A DNA stretch of 64,000 bases from Candidatus Parcubacteria bacterium (lineage in GTDB: Bacteria; Patescibacteriota; Minisyncoccia; Phycocordibacterales; JAKFXT01). The notes beneath the pieces are model-generated. The model ran no database searches. It was not told the DNA's origin and worked only from the letters and a program-made list of their open reading frames with translations. Made by a program: the position numbers and the translations under genes. The stretch spans positions 37,560 to 101,559 of the forward strand of contig JAIOOV010000003.1 in assembly GCA_021414235.1 (NCBI GenBank). The letters are read 5' to 3'. Shown here in pieces: positions 59,850 to 64,000 of this stretch (within the stretch, counting starts at the first letter, position 1; every line of letters starts with the position of its first letter).

Positions 59850-60113
59850 ATGAATGTAGCTCTCTACTGGACCATCGGATTTATCGCCCTCGTCATCCTC
59901 GCCGTAGGTGCCTATTTCCTCTTCTTCCGGAGCGAATCCCTCAACATCACCGGAGCGCCGCAATCTTCCAGAGTCTGCACCATGGACGTGAAGCTCTGCC
60001 CTGATGGCTCCTACGTGAGCCGTATCCCTCCCTCCTGTGCCTTTGCCGCCTGCCCCGCTCCCACGGAGGAAGCTCCGGCAGGAGGAAACCCGGATTTCGA
60101 CGTTAAAGGCTAG
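59850..60113 (+). CDS. Small membrane-anchored Cys-containing protein (87 aa), hypothetical.
   Basis: TM helix WTIGFIALVILAVGAYFLFF; Cys pattern C-x5-C...C-x4-C. Confidence 0.4.
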   Translation: MNVALYWTIGFIALVILAVGAYFLFFRSESLNITGAPQSSRVCTMDVKLCPDGSYVSRIPPSCAFAACPAPTEEAPAGGNPDFDVKG

Positions 60114-60125
60114 CCACATAATTTT

Positions 60126-60278
60126 ATGCTTATCACCATCGCCGCCCTCCTCCTCATCCTCTGGTTCCTTGGCGTCATTGGCACCTACTCCATCGGCTGG
60201 TTCGTGCACCTCCTCCTCGTGGCTGCGATCGTCATGTTCCTCATCCGGGTCATCCAAGGAGAGAATCCGTTGAAATAA
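60126..60278 (+). CDS. 50-aa two-TM small membrane protein (lmo0937-family-like).
   Basis: Manual translation MLITIAALLLILWFLGVIGTYSIGWFVHLLLVAAIVMFLIRVIQGENPLK; below the ORF-track cutoff. Confidence 0.45.
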   Translation: MLITIAALLLILWFLGVIGTYSIGWFVHLLLVAAIVMFLIRVIQGENPLK

Positions 60279-60280
60279 CA

Positions 60281-60306
60281 AAAAGCTCCCCGTATGGGGA
60301 GCTTTT
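60281..60306. terminator. Bidirectional terminator between convergent genes.
   Basis: AAAAGCTCCCC-gtat-GGGGAGCTTTT. Confidence 0.6.
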
Positions 60307-60324
60307 TGTTTTCCCTTGTCTTAG

Positions 60325-62667
60325 TTAAACGATCTCGCACGTACCTCCTGCGCACGCTAATTCCTTCTTCTGCTCCGTCTCATCCTGCATCTCGTAGGTC
60401 ACGAGCTTGGAGTAGTCGATGCTGCCGAGGCGCGAAGAGAGGAGTTCGTACGTCTCCTTGGTGCACTTCTCGTAGGGCGCCAGACGATAAACATGGTTCT
60501 CGCGCGGGAGGAAGGAGAGGCCGCCAATTATCTCCCAGTTCTTGTAGACCCAGTTGACCACGTCGATCCATTCATCGTCCCCCACCGAGATGGTGGTCGA
60601 AGGGTTATGCTCGGTGAAGTTGAGCTTGACCATCTTCCAGTACTCGAGCTGCTCGATAGCGGTCTGATCATCTTTGAAGATAGAGCCGCTCGGTGCCTTG
60701 ATCGGGAACTCCAGCACGTAGGTATTGGCGTTCTCCATGGTCTGGCCCACTTCCGGATGATACGGCACACCCTGATCCTTCATCATCTTAAAGAGCGAGT
60801 CGGTCGCAGAGATGCGCACGCGGCGGATGTAGTAGGGCGCATGGCGCGGATGCATGCCGGAAGAGCTGTTGATGGTCTGAGAGACGGTGCCAGAGGGCTT
60901 CACGCAGGTGATGGAGGAGGAGACGTTCACTCCGAAGCGCTTGGCATACTTCTGGTTCACCTTGATAGACTCATTCTTCATAGCCTTCATGGTGTCCGCA
61001 TTACGCACCGCCGGGGAGTCCCACTGGCCGGTGATGGAGACGCCGAGGAGGCGCTCCTTCTCGCAGTTGTCCTTCCATTCCTTGGAGAGGTAGCCGAAAT
61101 TAGTGAGAGTTGATTGATAGGTACCGACGAGGGTGGCGAGGCGCGTCTTCCTGAGGAGAGACTCCTTGGTGTCGCTCGCACGCGCTACCACCTCAGTGAG
61201 ATTACAGAACTGCTTGCTCTGGAGGATGATCTCGCCACAGGGGTTGGTGCCCACCTGACCGAGGCGGCCCTTGCCATACTTCTTCTCGAGGAGCTCGATA
61301 CGGCGCTTCGGCATGGTCTTCGCCAAGGATCCACGATTGAAGATGCCGCGCTCGCCGCTCTTACTCTTCATGAGAGCCACCCACTCATCCATGAGCTCTT
61401 CGGTAGAAGGCTTCTGCTCGTAGACGGCGGAGTTGTTGGAGATGGAGCGGTGTGGGTCGGTGAGGAAGAACTGACCCTTCTTGGCATCACGGATGAGATC
61501 GTCATCGAGGTCAGAGAGGGAGATCATGGCCGAGCGACGCACGCCACCTGCCACTACGCACTCACCGATCTTACAAAGGATGTCGTGGGCATCGATGTTG
61601 CGGAGGCGCCGTCCCTGGCGGGAGAGGATCGCACTGCGGGAGAAAGCGAGAAGAGACTGGAGAGGTGCCGGGCCGGAGGCCTTGCCACCCATGGTCTTGA
61701 GGCGCGCACCGGCTGGCCTGATCTGGGAATAATCAAAATCGATATCCTTGCCTGCGTACCATGTCTCAAGGCCCAAGGTGAGCGCATCGCACCAGCCCTC
61801 CTTGGAGTCGTCGACAACGTGGGTCTTCAGTTTTTCTCCGATCTGCCTCTCAATCTGCGGAAGCTGCTGGATGTTCTGGCTCTCTGCAGAGAAGCCGACG
61901 CCAGTGCCGCACATAGAGATGTACATAACCTCAGCGAAGTCCCGAAGCTTGGTGGGGGCGATAAAGGAGCAGTTGTAAGCACAGACGTTCGTCTTGGCGG
62001 CTGCCTTGCCTGCGAACTGCATGAGACGCATAGACGGCATGATCTCCTGCTTGCGGATGGCTTCGCGCACCTCATCGTACTCTTTCTTAGTGAGCTTGTC
62101 TCCCAAGTTCTGCTTCATGAAATCTATATAACGCTCCACCGTCTCCACCCAGGTCTCGCGGCGGCCTTCTGCTTCGATCCAGGAAGAGTAGCTGCGGAGA
62201 TACACGAACTCGCCGAGCGGATTGTTCTTGAAATATTTAGCGCTCTCCTCCGCGAGCTGACGCACGCGCTCCGGGACTTCCACGCCCATAGAGCGAAGCT
62301 CTGAGCGCTTCTGGCGATAGAGGATGTAGTTCTTGGCAGTCTGCACGTACTCCGAGAGGATGAGCTCCCGCTCCACCGTGTCCTGTATCCCCTCCACCGT
62401 CGGCAGGAAGTTCTTGTACTTCTTGCTGATCCTCACCAGGTCAGCAAGCACCTTGTTGGCCACGAGCGCAGCCTCGTCCACCGAACCCTCGCCGGAGGCG
62501 AGCATGGCCTTGTAGATGGCCGTCTCCACCTTGTCCATGTCGAAAGGAGCGATGGTGCCGTCGCGCTTCTGGATCTGTTTGACGAATTCGTTCGTCTTGG
62601 GCGTCCGAGCCAAGGGCACCTTTGCCTTGGGGAGAGAAGCGGAGACAGCTGTTTTGGTGAGGGTCAT
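60325..62667 (-). CDS. Ribonucleotide reductase large (catalytic) subunit with N-terminal ATP-cone; likely class II (adenosylcobalamin-dependent, NrdJ-type), since no R2 subunit gene is adjacent.
   Basis: ATP-cone VKQIQKRDGTIAPFDMDKVETAIYKA; active-site NPCGEI; C-terminal redox Cys pair CAGGTC. Confidence 0.85.
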   Translation of the reverse strand: MTLTKTAVSASLPKAKVPLARTPKTNEFVKQIQKRDGTIAPFDMDKVETAIYKAMLASGEGSVDEAALVANKVLADLVRISKKYKNFLPTVEGIQDTVERELILSEYVQTAKNYILYRQKRSELRSMGVEVPERVRQLAEESAKYFKNNPLGEFVYLRSYSSWIEAEGRRETWVETVERYIDFMKQNLGDKLTKKEYDEVREAIRKQEIMPSMRLMQFAGKAAAKTNVCAYNCSFIAPTKLRDFAEVMYISMCGTGVGFSAESQNIQQLPQIERQIGEKLKTHVVDDSKEGWCDALTLGLETWYAGKDIDFDYSQIRPAGARLKTMGGKASGPAPLQSLLAFSRSAILSRQGRRLRNIDAHDILCKIGECVVAGGVRRSAMISLSDLDDDLIRDAKKGQFFLTDPHRSISNNSAVYEQKPSTEELMDEWVALMKSKSGERGIFNRGSLAKTMPKRRIELLEKKYGKGRLGQVGTNPCGEIILQSKQFCNLTEVVARASDTKESLLRKTRLATLVGTYQSTLTNFGYLSKEWKDNCEKERLLGVSITGQWDSPAVRNADTMKAMKNESIKVNQKYAKRFGVNVSSSITCVKPSGTVSQTINSSSGMHPRHAPYYIRRVRISATDSLFKMMKDQGVPYHPEVGQTMENANTYVLEFPIKAPSGSIFKDDQTAIEQLEYWKMVKLNFTEHNPSTTISVGDDEWIDVVNWVYKNWEIIGGLSFLPRENHVYRLAPYEKCTKETYELLSSRLGSIDYSKLVTYEMQDETEQKKELACAGGTCEIV

Positions 62668-62747
62668 ACGTGGTGAGGGGGAGCTTAATGAGTAATTAAA
62701 TTGGTAAAGGTAATGACTATTCTACCCCGCCGGGAGCAGGCATTTTT

Positions 62748-62756
62748 TGTGGATAA
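62748..62756 (+). promoter_or_regulatory. Perfect DnaA box within TTTTTTGTGGATAACCCC, ~80 nt upstream of the RNR start codon.
   Basis: Read directly from the sequence. Confidence 0.45.
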
Positions 62757-62942
62757 CCCCCTCATTCCCCTCCTTAGAACGATTTAGGGGGCGTGTAAAC
62801 CTCGGTGGGAGAAAACTAGCGTAAAACAGGGGTTATACGGGACTAAGTGGAGGTAATTTTATTAAAAAGGCGAAAATCAGTTTAAAAAATGTATTTTTGT
62901 GCTCAGTTTTTTGCAAAAGATGTAGATAAAGTTACAAAAAAG

Positions 62943-63140
62943 CTAATCGAGCTTACGAAAGCGGGGCTGCCGCTTGCCTTCTACCTCTATTTCCTCAAGG
63001 AACATAGGCTTAGGACGCACCCAGACCTCCCCTGTATCAAGGTGGCGATAGATGACCATCTCCTCCAAGGTCTCGCTATGCTTGCCGAGGCCGGTCACCT
63101 CTACCTCCGCCCCCTTGTAGTGCCTGTAGCGCCCGAGCAT
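62943..63140 (-). CDS. DUF1653-family small protein (65 aa).
   Basis: GRYRHYKGAEVEVTGLGKHSETLEEMVIYRHLDTGEVWVRP pattern typical of DUF1653. Confidence 0.55.
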   Translation of the reverse strand: MLGRYRHYKGAEVEVTGLGKHSETLEEMVIYRHLDTGEVWVRPKPMFLEEIEVEGKRQPRFRKLD

Positions 63141-63245
63141 AGCCCCATGATACCAGAGGAGGGATAAGAGGGTCGCATGAGGGAGTCAAACAGGGCATAA
63201 TGGGGAGACGTTCCCTCTAGATTGCCGCTCGGGCAGTTTCCCAAC

Positions 63246-63767
63246 ATGAAAAGGACTCTTCACACCGGACCAATCCTCTTTCTCATACTCGCCATAGCCC
63301 TCCTCCTCTATCTCGGATTTGCCAAGAACCTGGAGGGCAACCTGAGCCTCCTCCCCAAGGCCGCTACCTCCCCTATCCCCGTAGTCACAGAAAAGCCCAC
63401 CCCGTCCGTCTCCATACACGGGACCCGCATTCGGGTGGATGTGGCCACCACAACAGCGGCCGTGCGCAAAGGTCTCTCCGGCCGTACCCGGCTCGAGGAG
63501 GATGAGGGCATGCTCTTCATCTTCTCCGTTCCCGATATCTACCGTTTCTGGATGCCTGACATGAATTTCCCGATCGACATCATCTGGGTACACGACGGCG
63601 TAGTGGCGGACATCAGCCGCAACGTGTCCAACGAGTTCGATCCCGCTAAGCCCGTCTTCTACTCCCCCCGCGTCAAGGTAGAGCAGGTGCTCGAGGTGAA
63701 CGCAGGCTTTGCCGCAGAGCACGGCATCGAAGTCGGAGACCCCGTGGTCCTCCGCAATATCTTTTAA
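63246..63767 (+). CDS. DUF192 (COG1430) family secreted/anchored protein.
   Basis: RKGLSGRTRLEEDEGMLFIFSVPDIYRFWMPDMNFPIDIIWV matches the DUF192 core; N-terminal TM/signal. Confidence 0.65.
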   Translation: MKRTLHTGPILFLILAIALLLYLGFAKNLEGNLSLLPKAATSPIPVVTEKPTPSVSIHGTRIRVDVATTTAAVRKGLSGRTRLEEDEGMLFIFSVPDIYRFWMPDMNFPIDIIWVHDGVVADISRNVSNEFDPAKPVFYSPRVKVEQVLEVNAGFAAEHGIEVGDPVVLRNIF

Positions 63768-63770
63768 ACC

Positions 63771-64000
63771 ATGAAGATACTCGCCTATCGTCACGACAAG
63801 GACCACTGGAACGAATTCGTACGTAGGCACTACCCATCGGTAGGAAATTTCATGCTCTCCTGGGAATGGGGCGCGTTCCAGAAGAAGCTGGGACGAGAGA
63901 CGAATCGCTTCGCTATTGAGAATGATGCGGGAGAAACCGTCGGCCTCTTCACCCTCGTCTACTACTCCCTCCCCTTCGGCTTCCGCTACGCCTACCTTCC
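63771..64000 (+). CDS. FemAB-family peptidoglycan aminoacyltransferase (N-terminal fragment, runs off the window).
   Basis: MKILAYRHDKDHWNEFVRRHYPSVGNFMLSWEWGAFQKKLGRETNRFAIEND resembles the FemX/FemAB N-terminus. Confidence 0.45.
   Translation, partial: MKILAYRHDKDHWNEFVRRHYPSVGNFMLSWEWGAFQKKLGRETNRFAIENDAGETVGLFTLVYYSLPFGFRYAYL

Noticed and set aside
62668-62942. Possible cobalamin riboswitch or NrdR boxes upstream of the RNR gene.
   Set aside because: I looked for the B12-box (GCCACUG) and the AGGGAA/GGUG core on the minus strand and for tandem NrdR palindromes. None was found, only a TTTTGCAAAA palindrome and the DnaA box.

Overview
The 64 kb window is gene-dense, with about 57 of ~68 CDSs and all RNA genes on the minus strand, and looks like a chromosomal segment of a small-genome bacterium. 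Several features point to a Candidate-Phyla-Radiation/Patescibacteria-like organism, but that is inference only: unlinked rRNA genes, an insertion inside the 23S, weak SD usage, lamin-tail-domain surface proteins, an O-antigen-ligase/TPR fusion, and many glycosyltransferases. Recognisable housekeeping genes are secA, murB/murC/murD, rsmI, secD/secF, a SEDS (RodA/FtsW) protein, rplJ-rplL, ftsK, recA, an RNR large subunit (likely class II), asnB, an Orn/Lys-decarboxylase-like gene, three NUDIX paralogs, tRNA-Leu(CAG), tRNA-Ile(GAT), a 23S-5S unit and a separately transcribed 16S. Two cell-envelope glycan clusters are present: (i) GT9, AsnB, a methyltransferase, four tandem GT4s and an O-antigen-ligase-like/TPR fusion; (ii) an epimerase, a polyprenyl-P sugar transferase, a GT4 and RodA. 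There is a set of secreted or surface proteins: a 1166-aa PG-binding/PT-linker/Ig-like giant protein, an LTD-PKD-LTD protein next to a soluble VirD4/TraG-like ATPase, two RCC1-propeller paralogs, and a partial Cys-rich repeat protein. A DsbB plus thioredoxin-like pair accompanies several small Cys-containing secreted proteins. No CRISPR array, transposase, integrase or restriction-modification system was seen. Most noteworthy: a ~205 bp intron-like insertion in a universally conserved 23S segment; a 16S 3' tail that appears to lack the CCUCC anti-SD; perfect DnaA boxes recurring in intergenic regions, including upstream of the RNR gene; and the LTD-surface-protein/VirD4-like ATPase pair. Coordinates of features not in the ORF track were counted by hand from the printed sequence and may be off by a few nucleotides.
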